Positions 49,210 to 57,804 of a stretch of 64,000 nt of DNA are shown here, piece after piece (within the stretch, counting starts at the first letter, position 1; every line of letters starts with the position of its first letter). A program made the translations under genes and the position numbers. The stretch comes from an uncultured Candidatus Melainabacteria bacterium (GTDB lineage: Bacteria > Cyanobacteriota > Vampirovibrionia > Gastranaerophilales > Gastranaerophilaceae): assembly GCA_934717745.1 (NCBI GenBank), contig CAKUZB010000007.1, positions 3,299-67,298 of the forward strand. Direction: 5' to 3'. The notes under the pieces are model-generated. The model searched no databases. It saw only the letters and a program-made list of their open reading frames with translations, and was not told the DNA's origin.

Positions 49210-49599
49210 ATGGCATTAGGTTTTAATTCAAATTTATTTAATACAAATACTCAGTCAGCAAGAAGTAATGAAACTGCTGGTGTTATCGCAACATCAACTG
49301 AAACAGCAGGCGTAGTTGCTTCAGCAAACGCAGAAACTGCGGGCTTGATTGCTTCAGCAGGTCAAATTGATTCTTTTGAATCTAACAATCCGTTTGCTCC
49401 ACAAATTGATTATAGTCAATTTGCATCAGTTCCTGAAACTGCTGGTTCTATCGCATCGGCAGAAACTGCTGGAGTTGTAGCATTCGGTGGAGTTGAAACA
49501 GCAGGTTCTTTGGCATCAGCAGGTGCTGAAACAGCAGGTTCTGTTGCTTTCTCTGACGGTGGTTCATTTGGTTCTTTCGATAGCGGTTTTGTTTGTTAA
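49210..49599 (+). CDS. small repeat protein with seven ETAG(x)(x)A units (hypothetical)
   Basis: 129 aa, SD GGAG upstream, clean intrinsic terminator downstream. Seven copies of ETAG[VLS][IVL]A, C-terminus ..GSFDSGFVC. Confidence 0.65.
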   Translation: MALGFNSNLFNTNTQSARSNETAGVIATSTETAGVVASANAETAGLIASAGQIDSFESNNPFAPQIDYSQFASVPETAGSIASAETAGVVAFGGVETAGSLASAGAETAGSVAFSDGGSFGSFDSGFVC

Positions 49600-49633
49600 G
49601 AACCAATGAAACAACTTTTATTTTAAAATTTTA

Positions 49634-49658
49634 GCGAGTCTAACGACTCGCTTTTTTT
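49634..49658 (+). terminator. intrinsic terminator after the ETAG-repeat gene
   Basis: GCGAGTC-taac-GACTCGC followed by seven T. It overlaps the last codons of the convergent protease gene. Confidence 0.75.
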
Positions 49659-50287
49659 AGCATTTCTTTTACGGTATTGATTGGTATTGCAAAACCTATC
49701 CCGATATTTGAAATATTATTATCGGGATTATAAATTGATTGGTTTATGCCAACAACCTCGCCATTTGTTGTAATTAAAGGCCCGCCGGAGTTTCCCGGGT
49801 TTATCGCGGCATCTGTTTGAATTTTATCTTTTGCATAGTCAATTCTTGAAATTATTCCTTGAGTCAAAGTTCCGTTAAACCCAAAAGGATTACCGATTGC
49901 AAGAACTTTTTGACCAACTTTGATATTTTCAGAATTTCCAAGCATGATAATGTTCAAACTCTCTTTACAATTAATTGTAATCAATGCTAAGTCGCTTTTA
50001 TCCTGTTTTAAAATTTTAGCGGGGTAAACATGTCCGTTATGTAGTGTAACTTCAATTTTTTTACTACCGCCAACAACGTGTGAACTTGTTAAAATAATTC
50101 CTGATTTGTCTATAATACAGCCTGTTCCACTGGATACACCTATTGGTAATTCAGCATCAATCGCCACGATAGCAGGGTTTAACCGTTCATAAACTGTCAT
50201 GTTTATTAATTCTTCTTCGTCATATCCTAAAACTGCGACGTTGGTAATAAAAATGCAACAAATCGTAATAAAAATTTTTTTAGTCAT
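49640..50287 (-). CDS. secreted trypsin-like serine protease (S1C/HtrA-like, no PDZ domain)
   Basis: Signal peptide, catalytic contexts TSSHVV, DLALI, GNSGGPL; 215 aa. Confidence 0.8.
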   Translation of the reverse strand: MTKKIFITICCIFITNVAVLGYDEEELINMTVYERLNPAIVAIDAELPIGVSSGTGCIIDKSGIILTSSHVVGGSKKIEVTLHNGHVYPAKILKQDKSDLALITINCKESLNIIMLGNSENIKVGQKVLAIGNPFGFNGTLTQGIISRIDYAKDKIQTDAAINPGNSGGPLITTNGEVVGINQSIYNPDNNISNIGIGFAIPINTVKEMLKKASR

Positions 50288-50463
50288 ATACTCTAAAAAC
50301 CTCTCTCTGTAACGTTATTATGCCGTATGTTTGAAATTTTTACTACTACCTTGATAATAAATTTACTTGATAGTTATTGCCAGTATTAAACCTTTATTTT
50401 ATAATATGTTTGAAACCTAATATAAGGTTTTAAATGAGATATGAGTAAGGAAAGGAAATTAAA

Positions 50464-51294
50464 ATGAGACGTATTGATTTGTTCAAACAAGCATTAAACG
50501 AAAAAAGAGCATTAAAAGTTATTTCTGGTATCAACAACTTCGATTTAGAAAGAGTTGAAATGATTGTTTCTTCTGCTATTGAGGCAAACGCAACTGCAAT
50601 TGATGTTGCTGCAACTCAAGAAGTTTTAGAATTATCTAACAGATTAATCTCTGAATCAAATTCAAACATTACTTTAATCGCTTCTTCTATCAATCCTATT
50701 GAATTAGCAAATGCTGTAAATATTTACAATGTTGATGCTATTGAATTAGGTAACTTTGATGCTTTATATAAAGAAGGTTTATCAATGAACTCTACTAAAA
50801 TTTTAGACTTAGTAAGAGAAACATTGTCATTAATCGAAAACAGAAGATCTGAAATCATGTTCTCAGTTACAATCCCTGGTTCATTAGAAATTTCTGAACA
50901 AATTTCATTGGCTAGAGAATTAGAATCTATGAACATTGATTTAATTCAAACAGAAGGCTTTGTTTCTGAAATCAATAATTTTGAAGGTGCTAGAGCATGG
51001 TTAAACAGAGCAGAATTAACAATTTCTAATACTTTAGAATTGTCAAAAAACATTGAATTACCTATCATGACATCTTCTAACATTAACACTATCACTGCTC
51101 AATTTGCTTTTGCAGCAGGTGCTAGTGCAATTGGTTGCGGATCTTGTGTTAACAGATTAGAATCAAAAATTTCTATGTTAGCAGTAATCAGCAACTTAGT
51201 AGAAATTGCTAACAGAAACGGTATCATGATGTCTTCAATTATGAATTCAAACATGACTGAATCAAGCATGATTTCTTCTACATCTTTAATGTAG
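50464..51294 (+). CDS. DUF561/Ycf23-like TIM-barrel protein
   Basis: N-terminal KRALKVISGINNFDLERV..ANATAIDVAA matches my recollection of the Ycf23/DUF561 signature. S/M-rich C-terminal tail. Confidence 0.5.
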   Translation: MRRIDLFKQALNEKRALKVISGINNFDLERVEMIVSSAIEANATAIDVAATQEVLELSNRLISESNSNITLIASSINPIELANAVNIYNVDAIELGNFDALYKEGLSMNSTKILDLVRETLSLIENRRSEIMFSVTIPGSLEISEQISLARELESMNIDLIQTEGFVSEINNFEGARAWLNRAELTISNTLELSKNIELPIMTSSNINTITAQFAFAAGASAIGCGSCVNRLESKISMLAVISNLVEIANRNGIMMSSIMNSNMTESSMISSTSLM

Positions 51295-51318
51295 TTAATC
51301 ATTCAAAATGATATAAAC

Positions 51319-51352
51319 AAAAGCCCTGATGCTTTAGCATCAGGGCTTTTGT
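51319..51352. terminator. bidirectional terminator between the ycf23-like gene and dnaA
   Basis: AGCCCTGATGC-ttta-GCATCAGGGCT flanked by A- and T-runs. Confidence 0.8.
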
Positions 51353-51364
51353 TATTAAATATTT

Positions 51365-52762
51365 TTATATAAATAATTTTTTTGTAATTTTATTTATATC
51401 ATTTTTTAGTTTTGTATCTGTTTTTACAGCCTTTTTAATTTTGTCAGAGGCATACATAACTGTTTGGTGTCTTTTTCCGAGTTCTTTTGCTATACTTTCG
51501 TAACTGTTTTGAAGTTTTTCTCTTGTGATATAGCAAACAACTGAGCGAGCATTTGAGATATTTTGCACTTTTGAGGTACTTTTTATATCTGAAATTGAAA
51601 CTTCAAAGTAGTCTGCAACTGTTTCTATAACTTTTTCAATATTAGGTTTTTCTGACATTTCTTCGCATTTTAAAACTTTTTTTGCATATTCAAGAGTTAT
51701 TGGAGTTTCTTCAATATCTGAGAACGCATTTACTTTTGTGAATGCCCCCTCAAGTTCTCTAACGTTGTCATTAAAATATTTTGCAATGTATTCAAAAACT
51801 TCTTGTGGAATATTTTCAATTCCTTTTTCCTTTGCAAGATTTTCCAAAATTTTTACTCTTGTTTCAAATTCAGGCGGTTTAATTTCAACAACCAAGCCTT
51901 GTTCAAAACGAGTTCTTAATCGTTTTGGTATTTCTGGCAAATCTTTTGGTAATTTGTCTGAAGTCAATACTATTTGTTTGTTTGCGTTGTAAAGAGTATC
52001 AAATGTGTTGAACAATTCATCAATACATTTCTTTTTATTTTCAATAAATTGAATATCATCAATTAATAAAATATCTACATCTCTGTATTTGCTTCTGAAC
52101 TTATTCATTGCAGAAGTTGTATTTTTATTTGGCACAAAGGCTGTTGAATTAACGTAATCGTTGATAAAGTCCTCAGTTTTTATACATTGAACTTTTAATT
52201 TGCCTTTCATTGTTACATAATGTCCAATGGCTTGCATTAAGTGAGTTTTGCCAAGCCCTGAACCTCCTTGAATATACAATGGATTGTATAGGGCGGTTGG
52301 GTTTTCTGCAACTTTTTCTGCTGCTGCCTTTGCTAATTTATTATTAGAATCAACGACAAAATTATCAAATCTGTATCTTAAGTTGATGTTCATAGATTTT
52401 ACATAAGATAAGTTTTCGATAGATTTTTTATGTTCTTCTAATTTTTGTTGCTCTTTTTCTAATTTTTTTTCTTGTTTTTGACGTTCTTTTTTGATTTTAT
52501 CTGCAAATTCTTGATTAAATTCAATATTAACGATTATATCTCTGCCAAAATGTTGCTTAAAAGTGTCTAAAATTGTTTTGTATTGAGTTCTTTTGATGTA
52601 ATCAATACCAAAAGATTCACCTGAAATCAAAGTAAAAGTGTCATCTTCAAACGAGATTGCCTCTAAAGGTGCAATCCATGGTTCAAACGTAGATGCAGGA
52701 ATTACATTTTGCAATTCGTCTTTTATGTCATTCCAAATCTTTTTTACTTCGCTAGTGTTCAT
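51365..52762 (-). CDS. dnaA: chromosomal replication initiator protein DnaA
   Basis: AAA+ GGSGLGKTHL, box VII region, C-terminal DNA-binding domain (..IAKELGKRHQTVMYASDKI); 465 aa. Confidence 0.95.
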   Translation of the reverse strand: MNTSEVKKIWNDIKDELQNVIPASTFEPWIAPLEAISFEDDTFTLISGESFGIDYIKRTQYKTILDTFKQHFGRDIIVNIEFNQEFADKIKKERQKQEKKLEKEQQKLEEHKKSIENLSYVKSMNINLRYRFDNFVVDSNNKLAKAAAEKVAENPTALYNPLYIQGGSGLGKTHLMQAIGHYVTMKGKLKVQCIKTEDFINDYVNSTAFVPNKNTTSAMNKFRSKYRDVDILLIDDIQFIENKKKCIDELFNTFDTLYNANKQIVLTSDKLPKDLPEIPKRLRTRFEQGLVVEIKPPEFETRVKILENLAKEKGIENIPQEVFEYIAKYFNDNVRELEGAFTKVNAFSDIEETPITLEYAKKVLKCEEMSEKPNIEKVIETVADYFEVSISDIKSTSKVQNISNARSVVCYITREKLQNSYESIAKELGKRHQTVMYASDKIKKAVKTDTKLKNDINKITKKLFI

Positions 52763-52771
52763 ATAATAATT

Positions 52772-53527
52772 TTATAACAAAAATAATTTATAAAAAATAA
52801 TACCTGCGGACATACTCAAATTTAAGGATTCGACTTTATTATCCATTTCAATTGTAACCTTATCTGTTGAATAATTTATTAATTCTTGACTTAAACCGTC
52901 TGCTTCTGCACCAAACATTACAAGCGTTTTTTCTTGTGGTCGAAAATCTTTCAAGAAAACACTATCATTTGATTTTGGCAAGGTTGCAATTCTTGTAAAG
53001 TCGTTAAAGTATGTTTTTAAAAAGTCAAAATCTTTTGTTTGAAAAACCGGAGTTTTCCATAGGTTGCCAACAGATGCTCTGACACATTTTGGATTGTATA
53101 AATCAACAGTGTTTCCGTATAATATTATTGCATCTAGTGAAAATGCGGTTGCGGTACGTAAAATTGTACCAAGATTTCCTAAATCTTTGATATTTTCAAA
53201 CAATGCAACTCTATTTGCTGTTTTTAGAATTTCTTCATTATATTTTTTTTGAATACCAACCGCTACTGCATCTGGTGCAGAATCGGTTGTTGCAAGTTTT
53301 TTCAATACAGGTTGAGTTACGTAAACAATTTTGTCCTCAAGAAAATCATAATGGAACGCTTTTTCTTTTTGTACAAAAACCTGTTCAATTTCAATATCCG
53401 CATCAAATGCTTCTTCTATTGCTTTCAAGCCTTCAAGTAAAAATTTGTTAGATTCATCACGATTTTTTTTCAATTGAAGTTTTGCAACTTCTTTGATTGT
53501 ATCATTGTTTATGCTTGTAATTTCCAT
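52772..53527 (-). CDS. TrmH/SpoU-family RNA 2'-O-methyltransferase
   Basis: N-terminal substrate-binding domain plus SPOUT motifs (FENIKDLGNLGTILRTA, VMFGAEADGLS, LNLSMSAGI). Confidence 0.8.
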   Translation of the reverse strand: MEITSINNDTIKEVAKLQLKKNRDESNKFLLEGLKAIEEAFDADIEIEQVFVQKEKAFHYDFLEDKIVYVTQPVLKKLATTDSAPDAVAVGIQKKYNEEILKTANRVALFENIKDLGNLGTILRTATAFSLDAIILYGNTVDLYNPKCVRASVGNLWKTPVFQTKDFDFLKTYFNDFTRIATLPKSNDSVFLKDFRPQEKTLVMFGAEADGLSQELINYSTDKVTIEMDNKVESLNLSMSAGIIFYKLFLL

Positions 53528-55110
53528 TATTTTACCTCAAACTTGCTTAGCCATTGTTTTTCTTGTTCGTTTAATAAAGAATAATCTATAAGTTTCTTTT
53601 CATAACACATATTTGAAAAAGATTCAATTTTATCATTTTTTAAGTAACAAGAGTTTTCTAATCTTACACCAAAAAAGTCTTGTTTGTAAAGCCCAGGTTC
53701 AATTGTGAAACACATATTGTCTTCCAGTGTAACTTCAGCATCTTCGCCTACGGTTGTCAATCTTGGTGGACCTTCGTGTACGCTTACACCAATTCCATGT
53801 CCCAAGCCATGGTTAAATACAAATCCGTCGGGTGCATTTTCTTCGAGAAAATCTCTTGCAACTTTATCAATTACATATCCGCTGTTTGTATTTGTCGAGT
53901 TAAATGCTCTTAAGAATGCTTTTAAAACTGTTGTGTATATTTGTTTTTGAAGTTCTGACGGTTCTCCCTTGACAAAAACTCTTGTAATATCAGTTGCAAG
54001 TCCACCTTCAAAATATCCACCGCAATCAATCAACACCAGTGAACCATTTTTTAATATTTCTTCTTTTGATGATTTAGAATAGTGAGCAAGTGCAGAGTTT
54101 TCGTCTTTTGCGATGATTGATGTAAATGATTGTCCGACTGCACCAAATTTTCTAAAATTATTTTCTAATTCGTTTTTAATATCAAGTTCTGAAATATTAT
54201 CGTTTTCTTCAATAAACTTTCTTGTTTCAAGCAATGCTTTGTCTGTACGTTTGAATGCGTCTTTGTAATGTTCTAATTCTGCATCTGTTTTTACACATTT
54301 TGTAAACCTTAATGGACTTAATTTTAATTCTTTTGCTTTATTTCCAAGAATTGAAAAATCGTGTGCTGTTACGGAGTTTTTATCAACAAAAAATGTCTTT
54401 ATTTTAGTATTATCTTTAATATATTTTTCAAAATCTTTTAATGTTTTATCTTTGAATAAAACAGTTTCGCTTTTTGATACAACGGCTTTACCCTCAATTG
54501 AGCAAGAGTTTTCCTTGTTGAAATTTCTCATATTGTATAAATACGACAATTCTTCAATGTTTGTAACTAAAATCGCCTCATCGTTTTCCAAATTCTTTGT
54601 CAAGTCGTTGATTTTATCATCAGTTGATTTGCCTGTTAAAGTTAGTGGAATTTTCGTTAAAATTTGAGTTTTTTGTTCTTTTTCATTTTCTATAACGTCA
54701 ACATCAAAAAGTTTTACTGTAATATTTTTTTTGCCGAATATTTTTGTAAATTTTTCGTACTGATTTTGCGAATTTTTCTTTGAACAAATACCAATTACAG
54801 AATTTGTGTTCATTACTTTTGACATTTCATTAAGCAGTTTGTCGCCTATTTGAAGTTTTACGACTGTTATGTCATCGTGATTAACCTCTAAATCTGCTTG
54901 AACATGGTATCTTCCGTCTACAAAAAGAAAAACGTTGTCTTTTGATACAATCGCATCACCAGTTGAGCCGGAAAAGTTTGTCAAGAAGTATCTTGAATTT
55001 TTCTCTAAAGCATTGTATTCAACTAAAAATTCATTAGTCGAGTTTACAAGCAAGTAATCAAGAAAGTTTTCTTCAATAAATTTTCTGGCTTTTTTAATGT
55101 ATTCGTTCAT
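53527..55110 (-). CDS. pepP: Xaa-Pro aminopeptidase (M24B family)
   Basis: HGLGHGIGVSVHEGP, EPGLY and other M24 motifs. Start placed at ATG 55110, just after the ppiC stop. Confidence 0.85.
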   Translation of the reverse strand: MNEYIKKARKFIEENFLDYLLVNSTNEFLVEYNALEKNSRYFLTNFSGSTGDAIVSKDNVFLFVDGRYHVQADLEVNHDDITVVKLQIGDKLLNEMSKVMNTNSVIGICSKKNSQNQYEKFTKIFGKKNITVKLFDVDVIENEKEQKTQILTKIPLTLTGKSTDDKINDLTKNLENDEAILVTNIEELSYLYNMRNFNKENSCSIEGKAVVSKSETVLFKDKTLKDFEKYIKDNTKIKTFFVDKNSVTAHDFSILGNKAKELKLSPLRFTKCVKTDAELEHYKDAFKRTDKALLETRKFIEENDNISELDIKNELENNFRKFGAVGQSFTSIIAKDENSALAHYSKSSKEEILKNGSLVLIDCGGYFEGGLATDITRVFVKGEPSELQKQIYTTVLKAFLRAFNSTNTNSGYVIDKVARDFLEENAPDGFVFNHGLGHGIGVSVHEGPPRLTTVGEDAEVTLEDNMCFTIEPGLYKQDFFGVRLENSCYLKNDKIESFSNMCYEKKLIDYSLLNEQEKQWLSKFEVK

Positions 55111-55111
55111 A

Positions 55112-55678
55112 TTATTCGTCAATGTCTGTAACTAAAATCAAGTGCCAACCGAATTGTGTTTGAACAGGTTCTGATAATTCACCTTTTTTAAGTGAAAATG
55201 CTGCGTCTTCAAAAGGTTTTACCATTCTACCTCTGCCAAAGAAGCCTAAATCACCGCCACGACTTTTTGACGGGCAACTTGAGTGTTCCATTGCGGCTTG
55301 AGCAAATTCTTCTTTTCCTGATTTGATGCTTTCGTAAAGTTCTTTTGCTTGTTCTTCAGTTTTTACAAGAATGTGGCTTGCTCTAACTTCAGGAACTTTT
55401 TTAATATCTTCTACTAAAATTAAATGCCAACCAAATTGTGTTTCGACAGGTTGAGAAACTGTTCCGATTTCTAAAGAAAATGCTACATCTTCAAATGGCT
55501 TTACCATCATTCCTTTACCGAAGAAACCTAAATCTCCGCCATTAATTCCTGATGGACAATTAGAATATTCCATTGCTGCTTGAGCAAATTCTTTGCCGTT
55601 TGAAATTTCATCATATATTTTTTTTGCCTCATCTTCTGTTTCAACTAGAATATGACTTGCTTTTACCTGTGTTGACAT
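55112..55678 (-). CDS. tandem parvulin-type peptidyl-prolyl isomerase (two PpiC domains, no signal peptide)
   Basis: Two copies of ASHILV..CPS..GGDLGFFG.G.MVKPFE..PV.TQFGWHLILV. Start at ATG 55678 behind SD AAGGAGAAAAAT. Confidence 0.85.
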   Translation of the reverse strand: MSTQVKASHILVETEDEAKKIYDEISNGKEFAQAAMEYSNCPSGINGGDLGFFGKGMMVKPFEDVAFSLEIGTVSQPVETQFGWHLILVEDIKKVPEVRASHILVKTEEQAKELYESIKSGKEEFAQAAMEHSSCPSKSRGGDLGFFGRGRMVKPFEDAAFSLKKGELSEPVQTQFGWHLILVTDIDE

Positions 55679-55752
55679 ATTTTTCTCCTTAATCTGTATA
55701 CTATAAAAATTATACCTTAAAAATGAAAAGTTTTTTGTATAACTTTGAAATC

Positions 55753-55780
55753 TTGACAAAGGCTAAAATTCAAGTATAAG
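55753..55780 (+). promoter_or_regulatory. sigma70-type promoter, plus strand, divergent from ppiC
   Basis: TTGACA-16nt-TATAAG. Confidence 0.45.
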
Positions 55781-55786
55781 TCAATT

Positions 55787-55946
55787 TTTTAAATAGGGTC
55801 TATGGTATTTGTAAATATTTGTTACGGTTTTTGGCATGGGACTAACAAAAAAAAAAATGTTGGGCTATCATGCATGTACAACTATCCCCAAATCTCCTCC
55901 CAAGATTATGAAGTATATAAGTAGCAAAATTGCTACTTTTTTTTTA
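55787..55946 (+). ncRNA. candidate small RNA bounded by a sigma70-like promoter and an intrinsic terminator
   Basis: TTGACA-16nt-TATAAG at 55753-55780. Hairpin AGTAGCA/TGCTACT plus a T-run of about nine at 55919-55946. Internal C/U-rich stretch CCCCAAATCTCCTCCC. No credible ORF. The transcript ends are inferred. Confidence 0.35.
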
Positions 55947-55972
55947 CTTAAATTTAACCGGAAGTTTTTGAG

Positions 55973-56443
55973 TTATCGTTTTAAAATTTTGTCTAGTTTT
56001 AAATATTCCCTAAAAGACGTACCCTTTGATGGAATTATTGAAATTAATATTGGTAAGATAAATCTATTTGTTATAAATAATGCCGGATGAAAATAGATGA
56101 ATGCGATTATAAAATCAAGTACAAAACCGAAAATGAGTGCTAAAATTATTGATATGGCTAAGTTTTTGGTAATATTTAAAAATCTTCTCTTATAATTGAA
56201 AATAAGTATTACCATTAAAAACATTGATAATATAAAAAATAATGCTGTTAAAATTTTAAAAATTAAAATTTGACTGTATTCACCAACTTTGTAAGTTAGT
56301 GCGTAGCCTAGGTAATTTAAAATTACGCATAATAAAAAAATAATGATATAGTTAACAATAAATGAAATGCCTGCTTGATCACCCTTTGGTGTAAATATAT
56401 TTTTTATTGCATTAAAAAACATTAAAAACTCCTTTTTGTTCAT
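55973..56443 (-). CDS. hypothetical polytopic membrane protein
   Basis: 156 aa with about 4 hydrophobic helices. No family recognised. Confidence 0.5.
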   Translation of the reverse strand: MNKKEFLMFFNAIKNIFTPKGDQAGISFIVNYIIIFLLCVILNYLGYALTYKVGEYSQILIFKILTALFFILSMFLMVILIFNYKRRFLNITKNLAISIILALIFGFVLDFIIAFIYFHPALFITNRFILPILISIIPSKGTSFREYLKLDKILKR

Positions 56444-56582
56444 TTTAGCATAATTTATTTTTTTGAAAACAAAATATTCACGTATGTAAATATTTTTTGC
56501 AGAGATTTATTGTTAAATATTGTAATTTTTTTGTTTATGCTAATATTAGGATATAATTATATTTATATAGTAAGGAGAAAAA

Positions 56583-56882
56583 ATGAAAAACTACGAATTA
56601 TTGACAATTTTAAAACCAAATTTAGACTCAGATGAAATTGATAAAGCAATTGAAAAAATCGATGCAGACTTAACTGAGTTAGGTGGTAAAGTTGTATCAA
56701 GAGATAAAATGGGCAGAAAGAAATTGGCTTACGATATTCAAAAATCAAGAGATGGTTTCTTCGTAAACTCAATGATTTCAATGCCTGCTGAAAAAGTTGC
56801 AGATTTCAAACGTGCATTAAAATTGAATGACAACGTTTTAAGAATTATGTTCTTAGACGCTTCTGAAAAGGCTTCTGTATAA
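56583..56882 (+). CDS. rpsF: 30S ribosomal protein S6
   Basis: MKNYELLTILKPNL.. start, SD AAGGAGAAAAA, rpsF-ssb-rpsR synteny. Confidence 0.95.
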   Translation: MKNYELLTILKPNLDSDEIDKAIEKIDADLTELGGKVVSRDKMGRKKLAYDIQKSRDGFFVNSMISMPAEKVADFKRALKLNDNVLRIMFLDASEKASV

Positions 56883-56893
56883 GGTAGAGAATC

Positions 56894-57286
56894 ATGACAG
56901 TAGCAAAAGCCGTTGTAACCGGTACAGTTTTTAGAAATCCTGAAAAACGTTTTACATCTAACAATGTTCCTGTTTCTGCGTTTGTTTTAAACATTGGCGA
57001 CAGAGAAGAACTTTTGATTAGAGTTCTTGCAAAACGTAATAACTTAGATGAAGTTGTTTCAAGTTTATCTAAAGGTTCTAGAGTGTTGGTTGAGGGTAGA
57101 CTTCAAACAGCAAATGTTAAAAATGAAAACGGCACTGAAAGAAAAATATTTGAAATCGATGCAAACGGAATTGAAGTAATGGGTGTAAGTTCACCTTCAG
57201 CGTCAGAATTCTCCGGTGATATTGTTAAATTCTCTGAAAGTGAATTGGGCGATGAACTTATCGGTGAAGAAGAAATTCCGTTCTAA
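56894..57286 (+). CDS. ssb: single-stranded DNA-binding protein (short form)
   Basis: OB-fold-like 130 aa with acidic tail ending EEEIPF, located between rpsF and rpsR. Confidence 0.85.
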   Translation: MTVAKAVVTGTVFRNPEKRFTSNNVPVSAFVLNIGDREELLIRVLAKRNNLDEVVSSLSKGSRVLVEGRLQTANVKNENGTERKIFEIDANGIEVMGVSSPSASEFSGDIVKFSESELGDELIGEEEIPF

Positions 57287-57331
57287 TTTAAAGAAATCAA
57301 TAGTTATATTTGCATAAGAAAGGAAAATTAA

Positions 57332-57562
57332 ATGGCAAAACAAGACTTAGATAAGAAAAAAGCAAAAACTTGCAGTTTTTGTGCTGATCATGTTGAATCA
57401 ATCGACTACAAAGATGCTGCAAAATTGAAAAGATATTTAACTGAAGCAGGAAAAATTATTCCAAGACGTGTTACAGGCAACTGTGCAGAACACCAAAGAA
57501 TGGTTGCTAAAGCAGTTAAAAGAGCAAGAGAAGCAGCAATCATTAACTACGTATTCGACTAA
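57332..57562 (+). CDS. rpsR: 30S ribosomal protein S18
   Basis: CSFCADHVESIDYKD..LKRYL..GKIIPRRVTG.CA.HQR, 76 aa. Confidence 0.95.
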   Translation: MAKQDLDKKKAKTCSFCADHVESIDYKDAAKLKRYLTEAGKIIPRRVTGNCAEHQRMVAKAVKRAREAAIINYVFD

Positions 57563-57582
57563 TTTTATAGAAGATTGATATT

Positions 57583-57768
57583 ATGGAAAAAATAACTATA
57601 AGATCAGACAGAAATTCAGATTACACTTTTACGTATAAAGGTGAAGAAGTAGTTTTAGGTGCTGGAAAGATTATCAGTATTGCTGATGGCTTAAACGAGG
57701 TGGTTTTACCAACTTGTGCCATGAAAATAAGTAATAATTTAATTATCATAAAAGAGGATGTCAAATAA
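57583..57768 (+). CDS. hypothetical small protein
   Basis: 61-aa ORF following rpsR, with a hairpin terminator after it. No recognisable motif. Confidence 0.35.
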   Translation: MEKITIRSDRNSDYTFTYKGEEVVLGAGKIISIADGLNEVVLPTCAMKISNNLIIIKEDVK

Positions 57769-57804
57769 TCCTCTTTTATGGCAAATTTGTAGGATATTTT
57801 ATAA

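Noticed and set aside
55836-56090. An 84-aa plus-strand ORF.
   Set aside because: It has no SD, reads through a strong intrinsic terminator and overlaps the minus-strand membrane-protein gene. The region is better explained as a non-coding transcript.
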